A DNA stretch of 61,956 bases, the filler included, from Choristocarpus tenellus KU-1152 (taxonomy: Eukaryota > Protista > Phaeophyceae): the NCBI GenBank assembly GCA_964200185.2. It is 11 parts of 11 records of this genome, joined end to end, with 100 filler letters (N's around TTAATTAATTAA, not from the genome) between each part and the next. Parts side by side here need not be neighbours in the genome. Positions count along the whole stretch, not along the records: positions 1 to 9,885 come from CAXNAD020003308.1; positions 9,986 to 13,801 come from CAXNAD020017771.1; 9 more parts are not named here. The stretch is one strand, 5' to 3'. Positions within the stretch are counted from its first letter, which is position 1. The number at the start of each line of letters is the position of its first letter. The notes under the pieces are model-generated. The model worked only from the letters and a program-made list of their open reading frames with translations. It was not told the origin of the DNA and did no database searches. Positions 1 to 11,999 of the stretch are shown here, in pieces. A program made the position numbers and the translations under genes.

Positions 1-1662
1 CTCATTTTCCGTGCCCCCTTTCTCATCAGGCATCCTGCCCTCACAGTGCCAGACATCCCCACTCGTGCAGTGAGGTGTCTGCCCGAGACGCCATCATTGC
101 CCCCTTGGGATGCCAACCCATCAGAGAGTGAGTAACACTGCCACATCCAACTGATAGTGGGGTGGCCTGTCCCCATGTCTCCCTCATGTTGTCACTCCAT
201 GGCACAAGGAAGGCGTGTATGTGTATAAGGTGCGCACATCTTATATTCACATATATGTGTCTATAAGTGTGCAGTCTGACTTGGCACTGCCAGGCCGATT
301 GCTTGTTTTTCTTGTAGGAGGTTTGTTGTTGGGGTGATCTAGGGTAATGTTGGGCTACAGTAGGATACTTTTTCCCAGTAGTTTTTGAACAAGGTTAGAG
401 TGAGGGGTTTGATTTGCTGTGAAAGCATTTTATCTCACTCACACACCTTCCTTACGCCAATACAGTTTTTTTTTGCAGGCGACATGCACTGCAAGTTGAG
501 TGGTGTGTGTGTGTGTGAATTTCCAGTGGGAGGGGTGGTGCACTCCCTGCACAATGCCTGTTGTTTGTGTACCCTGACAGATAGTACAATAAAAAGAAAA
601 TATTCATTTTTTATTTGAAACCTGTTGTACATCTATGGTAATGTTACAGATTTTTTTTATTGGTCGAGGGATGGAGTAAAATATCTCTGTTTTATATGTC
701 CTCTATGTTACTAAATGTGTGTTTTTCACAAGCTTTTTTTTGCCATCCGGTATTGTTGGTAGAAGAACCAAAAAATAAAAACCGATAATTATTGTGATAG
801 TTATCTTGGATGCGTGATATACATGATATGTGCTGTGGAGTACTCTCAACCAAGCACAGACAGAGAAAACGGTCTGTGCTAGTCCTGGCTAGGGGCCCTT
901 TTTCATAGACTGCGACAGCTACTTGGCTGTCTGTCCATCTGTGGCCTTCACATGTGGCACTTTTCTATCTTGGTGTAGTTTTTCTATGAGATGAATGTAT
1001 CTAACATATGTGCACAGGATATTGGTTCTTACTTTGTTTTTCATAGTATGGGAGTCAGAGTGGGTGAAGGTAAGCAATCACAGGTGTGTATCAGCACACT
1101 GGAGGTATGTCTGCCTCTGCCTAATTTGTTCCTCGCTGTAGTACAATTAACCAATCAAAACATTGGTGAACGTTTGTTCAGGGGACTGTCCCATACATGC
1201 TATTACTGAATGACGTTGGTGGACCCAGTGCATGTTCTTATTGCTTGCGTGGGTGCGTGTGATTGATAGTAGTGTCATAGTAGATGTGTGCACATGTGAG
1301 GATGAGTGCAAACTTGCAGGGGTGGACTAGTGGGAAAGTTCTTGGCTGTGCACCACCAGTAGGTGCTTGTAAGCATTTGTTTGTGAGCACCAATAATTGT
1401 TTGGGTGAGCTAGCTAGATATTGCAAAAGTAGTAGCAGCTCCTTGTACTTCAAGAAGTGTGTGTGCACTGTAGCGTGCACTATTACTAGTATAATATGCT
1501 CAAGAGATGGGGGGGGGAGTTCAATGTGGGGCAGTGCAGCAAAATATACTGGGTGAGCATTGTTTTCTCCCTTCGTTTTGTCGCATGTGACGAAATCTTG
1601 GGGACATGGTGTGCACTTCAGCCCTGCCCGCATCATAATTGACAGTAAGTCATTATTACTTA

Positions 1663-1924
1663 GAGTCAAAGTATCTTAGAGGGTAGAGCCGCGTCCGTTT
1701 GGGGGCCAAAATCCAATGTTGAGATTTTGATGTAATTTGGGGTGTTGTGTTTGTTAGGAAGTGTCAATATCCTTGATCTGGATGCACCTTTTCATAACGT
1801 ATACACTTTACCTACTCCGAAACGTTTCGGAATAGGTAAAATAAAATGTAAAAAACACATGGGAAAGCCAAGCCCCAAACGGACAAAGAGGGGGAAACTC
1901 TTACCCTCTAAGATACTTTCACTC
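1663..1924 (+). mobile_element. MITE family A, copy A1
   Basis: TIR GAGTCAAAGTATCTTAGAGGGTA...TACCCTCTAAGATACTTTCACTC; central hairpin; no clear TSD. Confidence 0.9.
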
Positions 1925-3432
1925 TTTCTTTTTTAAATAAGGCCCTTCCGTTGAAGAGTGTGATGTCGGACCACTTACAAATAAATGGAGGATTTGCATT
2001 AGACTTGCTGGCATGCGTTCTGCGCGTTTTCCACAACAGATGACCATCCCAATTCACTTGATTGAGAGACATATATACACTGGGGGAGGCTTAATATCGC
2101 ATATTGTACAGCAAACCTGTCGAGCAGACAATAGAAGTACAATGAATACTGGCGATATTAGTTTTGGAGCAAATATGGAAGACTCCAGAAACATAGGTAC
2201 GGGAGTATAAATCAGAGTCCAAGAGCTTCATATTGATAAAGTATGCTATCAACAAGACTAGCAATGCTCCTGAGGAAGTGCTGAACCAACTCTTTCCCTA
2301 TAGGACGTACTCAGAGTAGTGAATTCTTGGAGGGTAAGTGATCTTCATGAGAAAGCATGCGCTTACTACATACTATACATGCAAAAGTATATAGAGAGGT
2401 GCAACTGCAACCCAATGGATTTTCTGTGTCTTATATAGCGCTTAATACTGTATATATTCTTTCATTTATTCATTGGTTCTTGCCCAACGAGTATTTCATG
2501 GTGTTGCTTAGTCATTTTACAAACGGCAGATCGGCATATTAGTTGTATTTATCCATTTGAAGGCAGTCTGCTCACTACCTCTGTTGTGACACCCCTGTTG
2601 ACTTTAGTGATACACTAGTACCAATCATGACATGGTGCCCCTACTTGGTATATTTCTGTGTCACCAAGTATCAATGTGCTTGGTCCTGCATGGGAGTACT
2701 GTGCGACCTTTCTCCTTCATCCATCGCTGGGTGTCTGTGACATCCTGCACCTCTCATTGATCCACTTATTTCTGCTGCTGTTGACAGGGAGCTGCTAAGA
2801 GACAAGATATAGTAGAGTGCCAAAGAAATAACCGCAGAATGAGGGGGACGGCGGATATGATATGTTACGGTTTCAGGGTTCTTCTGTTGTCAAGGTGGTG
2901 ATGGGACAAAAGTCTCTATAGGACAGATTAATGACGTCTCCACTAGGAATCTGCACAGATCAACTCTTCTGAAGGGTATAGTATGTGTGTGTGTGAGAGA
3001 GAGTGGACAGTCAACACCGACAGTGGTCTGTAAGGCAACAAATTGGATCGCCCTCAGACACTCAGACGTCCAACCAGTCTAGCCACATATAGAGGAGAGT
3101 TCCTCTCTGCAAATGGCACTAGAAGTTTACCGAGAGACCGGAATAGGATCTAAAGCGCCGCCTTACCCAACTACTGAGAACTATGGAACTCATCGTCAAG
3201 CACACAACAACTGATTTTCACATGTGTGTGACAGGGTGTACAAAAAAAAGTTATCAATTGGATCTACATATATTATTCGTCCGAAAATTCGTATTTTTGT
3301 TTGTCCTGTTAACACAACCCACCCCCACCCTCAACGATGGTCTTTGTTGTGCACTGGCATTCTATGTGCATCTTGTCTTCCCCCGAGTGCTATACCAAGT
3401 ACACAGGGCGATGCCGAGCTAATGTGGTCTTG

Positions 3433-6400
3433 TTAGACTTCCATCCACATCTCTTGTATAACCACCATCCTAGGACACACCGAGGTCGCTTCAGCACTAT
3501 TTCTTGGTGATACCAAATCCGAAACACCCTTCCTTTCCCTTGCAATCCCTTCCCCTAGCCTGTTCTCAAGTCTAGCTGCTTGCGAACCCTTGGAGTTGGC
3601 ATGATACGTTGACATACCTTGTCTCCCTTCTCCAACATCCTCCAACAACCCTGTCCCCAGCCCACATTGCTCACCTGCTGAATCTCTTCTATCTCTGCCT
3701 GGACCACTTCCAGAGGGATACCTATTGTGTCTAAACCCTCTTCTCTGTCCCCTCCAGCTGTCACTCCTATCTGTAGAACTTTCTTGGACATGTGCAACTC
3801 CCAGCTCTGAGGGGTATAAATGAGTCGCATTATCAACAAAGGGAGCATGGCAGACCCTGACATTTCGTGCCTGCAAATGGTGGACGTTGAGACCTCTTCT
3901 ACAGCTAGCACAGGATTTCCGCTTCCCAGATAAATTTTGAGGAGCCAGCGATGGGGGACATGCTTGCCTGTGCACAGCATCAGGCTGTTGCTCTCCACTT
4001 CCTTTCTCTGCCTCCTCACTTTGTATGATGCAGCAAACCTGTTTGCTCAGGAGGTCACTCCTCACACTGTCCCATCTAGAGACATTGGTGTAGGAGGCCA
4101 AACACTTCCTGGTGTAGGTGGCCTGGTCTGCTGAACTGACCTGGGTTTTGAGGGGACTGCACTTCAAAAGTACTGCATGGTCAATTCTGGGGAGCCTGGT
4201 CTCTGTGTCCGTGACTTTAGTGTTACCTGCTGTAGTGGGGTAGTGAAACTGCCTCACCTCACAAGTCCTATCCCTGACCCTGGCCCTTGTCCTAATCGAG
4301 CTGGTGTCCCCATCGGATTGTTCAAAAGAGATATCGTTGTTGTAGATTCGTGGAACCCTAAACATATGTTTGCTCACCCCACTGTATCGAGCATGAAGGG
4401 AGTTGTGCTCTGGAGCTAGGTGTGAGCCGCTTAATTTACTCTCCATGCTTTTCTTGCTGGACTTTACGCCAGAATTGAACTGGGAGTTTGAAGGATTGGA
4501 CTGGTTGGGATGGCCACAACTAATGCTTCCGTCCAAAGCTTGGTTCTCCTTGTTCTTTGTCAAATAGTCTCTGCTAGCTCTGGAATGATTTTCTGTACTG
4601 CAGACACCACTTGCTCTGTGCTGGAAAGTTTTCTCCTGGAGTGACAATCTCTGTGCTGATGCATCTTGGCTAAAGGTGTGGTGAATGTTAACGTTTGTAC
4701 TCCTGTGATTGATACCAGCCAGAGGTCTCGGACATGCTGTTTCATCATCCTTATGCTTGTATTGTTTCTCAATACCAGCGTCTGTTCTTTGGTGTTGCCG
4801 CAAATATTGTTGGTCTATGGACACTACCCCTTTCTGTGATACCTGTTCTTGCGACTTCTTCACCTCTCCCAGAAATGTGTGTGCGTGTTAGTGCTGATAG
4901 ATGTGCGCTATCTCTGAATCACTATCAAGCCAGATCAACCATCCCTCCCCTTTCACACCTCCCTTCATTATGAGCTCAAGGTCGATTGGACACCTACAAT
5001 TTGGGTCATGCCCTCCAGGAATAAGTGGACGGCAGGTACTCTGCTGCAGCTGCCAAGGCTGTCTCATTTCAGCCTCATTGGGCAAAGAATTGCTAGAGGA
5101 GCACGCTAATTGAGATTCCATCCTGTGAAATCCAATCATAGCACTATCCCGATCCTGGGTGCATTCAGATTTCTGTTTCTCTCCAACTGTTGCCGTTGCC
5201 ACTGACCCTATAATACCACTCACACTGTGAGAAAGGGGTCCTGTAATGCCTTCCAAACATGATGCTTCTCGGTGTTGAGTTATATCTTCACCGAGGATTG
5301 GATCTTCTAGTATGTCCTGCCCAGTTTGGACCCTTCCTCTTCCATAACTGACTTCGTCATCTCCCTCCATTCGGGCATGCTTGTCACTCTCCGCAGGGCT
5401 CCTATCATGATACGCTATCTTCTTTTGGGCAGCGCCTGTCTCTGCCAACCTTGCTAGGGACCATGTGATATTGCTTCTAATATTCAAACTGCCAGCATAA
5501 TCTTCTGGGTGAAATGTAGTCACTGTGCCCCTCAACCGGTTGCGGGGAGGGCGCACCTGCACCCTCTGCAGACCGTGCGGCTGTCTCAGCTCCGCTATTT
5601 TAGTTGAAGACCCTGTTGGTGCTCGCGGTATTGTGCAGGTAGCATCCAAGTTATATCCAAGTCGTTCTTCCTCCATACCAGCTCCCCAACACCCTTCAGG
5701 TGATCCTGGCACATGATGTGTACAGTGGCGTCTTGGCGTACCAAAACTGCTACATCGAAATCTCGAATGGGAACCGAGCTTACAGAGGGATCGGCGGTTA
5801 CGAGCATCATAGGCAGATACTCGGCTATGTTTAGGGTCCATTGCCATATTCTTAAGCCACTGCATAAACTCGAGTACAGCTACTGGTCGAGCCTTGACCA
5901 TTGAATTGAATTCAATAGGGATACTTATTTTCTGCCGATGGAGGGTAGACATGACTATCTGCAAAATGCAAGGGACAAAATGAGTACAGGAAGTGGGGCG
6001 GGGTGGTCAACTCAGTGGGTCTATATTTTCACTCAAAGGATGTGTACACAGACTTTCTCGATGCTATGAAAATTATGAAAGACAATCAGGAGTGTGCACT
6101 AAATGAACAAGAAAACACTTAATTGAAATTTATGTGAGACTGAGCTATTCTAGGACTCGAACTGGCAGTTTCACGATAGTCGACAACTTACTTTAATGTT
6201 GTTCGTAACTTCATACGCAGCCACTTCCTCTTGCTTGCCCCACACAACATCAGCCATCTTGACCTTTCCCGGAAACAAAGAGTCTAGTACTTGGGCGTAG
6301 TAGCAGCCTGCGGTCAGCTCTCTCATAGAGGTAACAGGCTTCGAGAGGTCATCTCCTCCATCGAGCTGGAGTACGATAAGAGAGATTATGGAGAGTTCTT

Positions 6401-7297
6401 GTAAATTATTGTTGATAACTCCTTCTTAGTGACTATAGTTGAAAACAAAGCTAGAAATGGGTAGCTCACAAAAGGAAATCAAAACGAGGGACTGGGTTTT
6501 TATTAGGGTCAAACGAAAGCGTGAAGACAAAGGCAAACCTTTTTTGCTTCCGAACTATCGACTCTATCCTCTGGTCGTATACCTAAGTCAGACCAAAACA
6601 AACTCTACTGTAGATTAGTTAGCTCTCCCTTATTCTGAAGATATTATGTATGGAGTGGAGGTTGAGTTAAAGTAACACTCCAGGATCGGCATTGTGGTTT
6701 TGAGTCAGATAGCGATGGTGAGTTCTACAGGGCCAAACGAACATACCTCAGTGTGAGAAAAGTGTTGTAAAAAGATTAAGGTCATAGGTTTACGGTGCCG
6801 AATGTTCGGTTATACGAACTGAAATTATGGTTAAGCCCTGCGATCGGGTGACAATGTGTGCTGTCGAATCTTGCAGTCTTCCTTGCATATGTTGTTGAAG
6901 TGATGTCGCTGAAGAACTCGGCGATGATAGATAGTCGTAGAGGGGACAGGTTGATTGCGAGGGGTGATAAATGATAGTCCAGAACGTCCGACAAGAGAGA
7001 CATTAATCATTGGTTCACCTGATGTGTAAGTAGGGGAATTCTCCCTCTTCAGTTAAGTTCTTATCAAGGATAGGGGAGGATAAAAGTTTGAAGAAAACCC
7101 ACTGTCGTAGCTTGGTGACTTCTTCTGTAGTGTGTCTCGATATTTTTGAAGAGACTGGCAATATAGTTGTATGTTGCGAAGAGGTGCAATAGATGAAATA
7201 CCCTCACCCACACCTGCAATAGCTCGTTGATCCATGAGATTAGCTGGTTTGTGGTCCACCTTATGGCACTGTTTCCCGGCGTAAGAGGTATCCGCAT
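3433..7297 (-). CDS. EB1/RP-type calponin-homology domain protein with a long low-complexity tail (spliced; single in-frame TAA at 4888-4890)
   Basis: Exons 7297-7214 (MRIPLTPGNSAIRWTTNQLISWINELLQ), 6365-6192 (...ELTAGCYYAQVLDSLFPGKVKMADVVW...YEVTNNIK) and 5958 onward (IVMSTLHRQKISIPIEFNSMVKARPVAVLEFMQWLK...YDARNRR). All introns are GT-AG, phase 0. Motifs resemble the EB1 CH domain (LAWINESLQ; GAAYCQxMDxLFPG; NFEFVQWFK; YDPxxxR). The 3' structure is uncertain. Confidence 0.75.
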
Positions 7298-7724
7298 CCT
7301 CACCAGGCTGAGGTGTGCTTATCGTATGTTGACCATATGTTATGCCTTGGTGGGGCACTTCCTGAACCTTGGTTCTAAGTCCTCCACGCCAAATACCAAG
7401 TATTTATCCTGTACGACTTTCTGACTTTCCGGTCGTGGTAATCCATTATCCGTGTCTCTCTTTTTCCCCCCCACTTATCGACAAACAGGAGTAGGTGATA
7501 TCATGACTTGTTGACATACATAGGTGCCGTTTCGTAAATACCTGTTCGGGTGGTCTTGTCGTTTCGGCTCCACTCCAAACTTAGAACTCCAGCGCCCAAA
7601 CACATGTACCCTAACCCTAGATCAACGCCAACTACTTCTTTGGTCCTAAGCAGCTCTCTCACAGCTTGCTTAGGTCCCTGCTCCAAACTATAGAAGGAGA
7701 CAGAAGAAGCACGGAAGGGTGACC
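7298..7724. promoter_or_regulatory. Short divergent (bidirectional) intergenic region
   Basis: About 430 bp between the ATGs of the EB1-like (-) and EF1B-like (+) genes. Contains CCCTAACCCTA at 7609-7619. Confidence 0.5.
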
Positions 7725-9210
7725 ATGATGGCTGACCTATCGTTCGATGAGCTCGCGACAGCATTGAGCTACCTGGGCTTGGGCCCTGCAGGGGGGGTTG
7801 CGACTGGGGCAACGGCGGTGGGTTGTATTGCGTCCAAGAGGAAACTTGCAGAGTCGGAGTCGGGGGGGGAGATGCAGGCAGGAAGAGTGTGTTCAATTTG
7901 TTCCCTTTCCTGGAATTGCCAATCTATTGGGTTTGTGGGTCGAGATGATTTGATGGGTTGGGCCCTCGATGACTCCTCTCCAAATGTTTTGCCCTGCATC
8001 TCGTTCTGCTCCACGTTTGTCGCAAGAATGACCCTCGGTTAATATGTGGGGGAGTCGTGTCTCAGTGAAAGTAGTTCACGGTTCAAAACGATAGGGCTAT
8101 CAGGCTCCAGATGGAGGGTTCAAATTTACACTTACGCTGAACAGCCTCACAATCAGCCTCTTCTGTTGGTGACTATTTTCTCAACTCCAACCTTTTCGTA
8201 TCTCAGGCATCAGCCAAGAAGGAGAAAAAGGAGAAAAAAGACAAGAAGGAAAAAGTCGAGAAAGTTGAGAAAAAGGTTGAAGATGAGGTCAGTGACTCCT
8301 GAACGTGTATATTTCTCGGTCTAGCACGTAATCACAATTGGGTACTCTCAAGCCGTGAGGAGATTCAACCCTCCTGGCGCTCGGCTGAGATGCTTCTGCG
8401 TTCTTCAATCTCGACAATGGTTTGTGTTCATGTGTGGCTGATGCCTACGGAGTACCCGTTTATACTCGTTATTGGGGATGTGGTTCAGAGGTAATCCTTC
8501 TATAGGTTGGGTTCCTTGGTTGGGGCTTTGAGGCGGTATGCTTCCAAAGCCCGAATCTTTATTCCTAGAATCCTTGTTCTTACCTCTCGGGAAGAGCTTG
8601 ACTCCTTCAAGCTACGACTTCGTCTGAGCTGACCTGCCTGTTGGAATGTTAAACGATTGCATTTGGAGTTTTATTGCATACCCGTAGTGCGGAAGTTCAT
8701 ACTACAGATGGAGGGCTAAGGAGGTTACAATTATACATTAGTTGGTGTCCCCCCTCACATCTATACACCCTGCCTCCATGGTACTAGTTTGCCCTCCTAT
8801 TCGCGAGCCTTGATCATTGTTTTGAATCTCCTTCATCCATAACACGAAAGAAAAGGTAGTGTCCCTTTTACTGTCCTCAAATATGTTTTACGGCGCTGGT
8901 CCATCACACAGGAATCCATCATTCGAATAGCAATAAAGTGATGGTGTTGAGTTACCAAATGTACCGAAGGTAATCCTACTGTACTCACATTACCTCAGAC
9001 CACTCCGATCTTGGTGCCTTGCTGTTTCAAGATGCCTTCAGTGCTTGTTCGTTAGTTAATTTAATTAAACCGTCCTGCCACTTGGCACGCATAGGTGGAC
9101 GACCTCTTTGGGGATAACGAAGAAGAGGCACCCAAAGAGAAGGAGGAGACAAGAGCGGAGAAGATGGCTGCAGCCAAGGCTGCCAAAGACGCTAAGAAGA
9201 AGATCGACAG
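7725..9210 (+). CDS. Translation elongation factor 1-beta/delta-like protein, 5' part (3 exons; the rest lies beyond the contig end)
   Basis: Exons 7725-7817, 8207-8287 (ASAKKEKKEKKDKK...EDE) and 9095-9210 (VDDLFGDNEEEAPKEKEETRAEKMAAAKAAKDAKKKIDR), with GT-AG introns and consistent phase. The acidic DDLFG motif plus KA-rich hinge is what precedes the EF1B GEF domain. Confidence 0.7.
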
Positions 9211-9885
9211 GTGCTGCTCTCGTTGAAGGGACAGGCGATGGAGTGGGGTTTTGAATGAGTGGGGGTGTATTTGTTTGTCCAAGTACCTGTTTGACTTCAT
9301 ACCTGTGCTCAGCCCACGATTTATTTTCCGATGAGAAAGTGCGTATGTTTCTGTTACACAGTAGCACTGCAAAGTGCTTTAGTTCTGTGCGGCCTAAAAA
9401 TGCTATAAGCAATTTTGTATTGTTCAGTGTTTAGTACTGGTTTTTTTTGCATATGGTTTTTGCCGCCATATTTTACAATCGAGCGGTGCTTTCCAAATGT
9501 TTTGGTGAGTATAATTTAACTCTCCCCAACAGCTTTCAGTGTGGTTCAATGTGAGGATTGGAGTGTGCACAAAGCATTCCGCATGAAATTCAAATCATCT
9601 CATACCCACTCGGCAGGAGACACTGATGACCTGAATCTGATTCAGTGACTAATGGTGTCCAATACCTCGGATTGCTAAGTTGGGTCGCTACGACAAAAAA
9701 AAAAAAATGCTCTCATTTGTCTCAGTTGCGAGGCATCTTGGTTCTCAAGTTTCCGGGACAACTGCCACCCTTGTAGTAGTGTAGAAGAAGTCTTGGCTTT
9801 GTCGGGGGAGGGGGGGGGGGGGGGGGGTGTTTTTTGTTGGGGGGGGGGGGGGGGGGGGGGGGGAAGATGGTTGGGGTGTCGCTGG

Positions 9886-9985
9886 NNNNNNNNNNNNNNN
9901 NNNNNNNNNNNNNNNNNNNNNNNNNNNNNTTAATTAATTAANNNNNNNNNNNNNNNNNNNNNNNNNNNNNNNNNNNNNNNNNNNN
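9886..9985. other. Artificial contig-joining linker (first of 10)
   Basis: N44-TTAATTAATTAA-N44, with stops in all six frames. Identical linkers at 13802-13901, 17815-17914, 24022-24121, 26748-26847, 30744-30843, 37414-37513, 40482-40581, 43322-43421 and 55158-55257. Adjacency across them is not biological. Confidence 0.97.
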
Positions 9986-10489
9986 ACGTGTTGGGAAGAG
10001 CGACTGGCAGCAGCGGCGGATATTATAGGGAATAAGCTTAACACACCACCCTCCCCCAACGTACGGATACCCCTACCGCCAAGCCCAAATTTTGCGTGTC
10101 TCGAGGTGACTTTGGCCCAAGCACAGAACGTGCTACCTGCATTATATAGCACAGAGTCCCGCTCACGATCCATGAAGAGGGCGGGACATGGGGGGAAACT
10201 AGGGCTTCGAAATCTCCCAGGGCAGAAGACAGAACCAGTGCAGGAATATCAAAAGAAGGGGTAAGGGCCTACAACCCGTGCTTTGCGTGGAAAGCAGGAA
10301 AGGAGTGTGAATTCCTGGAAAAAAATGGGTTTTGCAGATACGACCACTTTGAGGAAAGGGGAGAGGAAAAAGGGAAGGAGGCCAAGACAGAGGCAAACAC
10401 CACGAAGAAAGATCCATGAGGATACGGGCCCACCCCTTCACAGGGGGGGCCGGCAAGAGGAGATCAATGGACGTCAAGACTACCTCAAC

Positions 10490-11717
10490 ATCGACAATGC
10501 CTTGAAGGAAAATGCAGTGACGCATGCCGTATGCCATTGCCGTCCACTCTGCCTCCGAGCTGGAGAGGGTGACAGCACCTTGAATCTTAGAGCGCCAGGC
10601 GATCGGTGATCCATTGAGCAGGATTATGAACCCTGTAACACTCCTGCGTGTTTGTTGGTCTGTGCCCCAGTCAGAATCTCCATACCCAACCAGGAGTTCT
10701 TCTTCTCTCTCGTCATATCTTTGTTCCCTCGATCATAGTGAATGCAGATATCCAATGTCCCTGCTACGTAGCGCAGAACGTGCTGTAATCCGCGCCAGTG
10801 TCGCATGCATGGAGATGCTGCTCTACGCCCCAGTTCACGAACACTATTAGCCAGGTCTGGTCGAGTCATGCCTGCTAAGAACATGAGTTTCCCAAGAATA
10901 CTGGCATAGGGGTATATGATGGGATCTAGTTCCTCTTCATGATCTTGTCTGACAGAGAGGTCCATGCCAGGGTCCAGTGGTGTAAATCTTTCTCGCACTT
11001 CCATAGAGCCCATCCCGGCCACGACAATACTTTCTGCATATAGTTGTTGGTCCAGAGTGATGCCATCTTCACCCACAATGATGTTCACTCCAATCAGCTT
11101 GTCTGGCATACCTAGGTCTCGTCCCTCGTACTTTTCTAGTAGTGATGCCCTTATCCTTTGGATCTCTTCTGTGAAGTCTCCAGTGGTGGCAGTGTCGTCC
11201 ACATAGGTAGTGAGGATCGCAATGCGTCCGTCTTCACTTTTCTTGAAGTAGAGACACTCGTCGTGTTGACTACTTGTCCATCCTTCTGCGAGAATAGTAC
11301 CCCTTAATTCATGAAACCATTCCATGGCTGACTGCTTCAGCCCATAGATTGCTTTCTCAACCTTGACGATGCGGCTGTCTGGAAGCTCCAGCCAGATGTC
11401 CTCCTGCAGATCTGCGTTGAGGTAGGCCTGTGTGAAATCTAGGGCTTCTATGTTCCAACCTTTGTACGCTGCGACTGATATGACGCATCGTAGTGTGTCG
11501 TATCCCACTACTGGGCTGAAGGTTTCAAAGAAATCTACTCCTGCATTTTGGGTAAACCCACGTGCCACGAGTCTTGCCTTATATCGTTCTACTGTCCCGT
11601 CTGCAGAGTACTTGATTTTGAAAACAAATCGTGTCTTGATTGCCTTCCTTCCTTGGGGTAGGGCTTTGTCACTAAATGTCCCCTTCTCCCAAAGTCCTGC
11701 CATTTCCTTTTCCATGG
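10490..11717 (-). mobile_element. Ty1/Copia LTR retrotransposon pol fragment (RT + N-terminal RNase H), frameshifted and truncated
   Basis: RYKARLVARGFTQ..DFFETFSPV, ALDFTQAYLNADL, KAIYGLKQS, TYVDD, TRPDL. After a frameshift near 10700: LVGYGDSDWG..RRSVTG..WRSKIQGAVTLSSSEAEW. Confidence 0.93.
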
Positions 11718-11976
11718 GGGTGGAAGAATCTTAGAGGGTACGAGGTTTGCCCTGTTTGTCCATTTGTGGCTTGGCTTCCCATAGGTATTTTGATGACATT
11801 TTCCTACTCCAAAATGTTTCGGAGTAGGTAAAATATATACGTTCTGAAAGGTTGTGCCCAGAACATGGATATTGACACTTTCTAACAAACACAATGGGCA
11901 AAATTATATCAAAATCGCAAAATCAGATTTTGGCCCCCAGATGGACGCGGCTCTACCCTCTAAGATACTTTGGCTC
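11718..11976 (-). mobile_element. MITE family A, copy A2 (at the Copia/mariner junction)
   Basis: Full-length homologue of A1 in reverse orientation; flanks ATGG/CTGT, no TSD. Confidence 0.9.
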
Positions 11977-11999
11977 CTGTCAACCCACCAATCCAGGGC

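Noticed and set aside
1742-1936. Small ORFs such as KPSPKWTNRAK recurring in the ORF track
   Set aside because: They are translations of MITE family A; frames are not conserved among copies.
9930-9941. Recurrent palindrome TTAATTAATTAA
   Set aside because: Always centred in exactly 44+44 Ns; it is an artificial six-frame-stop linker.
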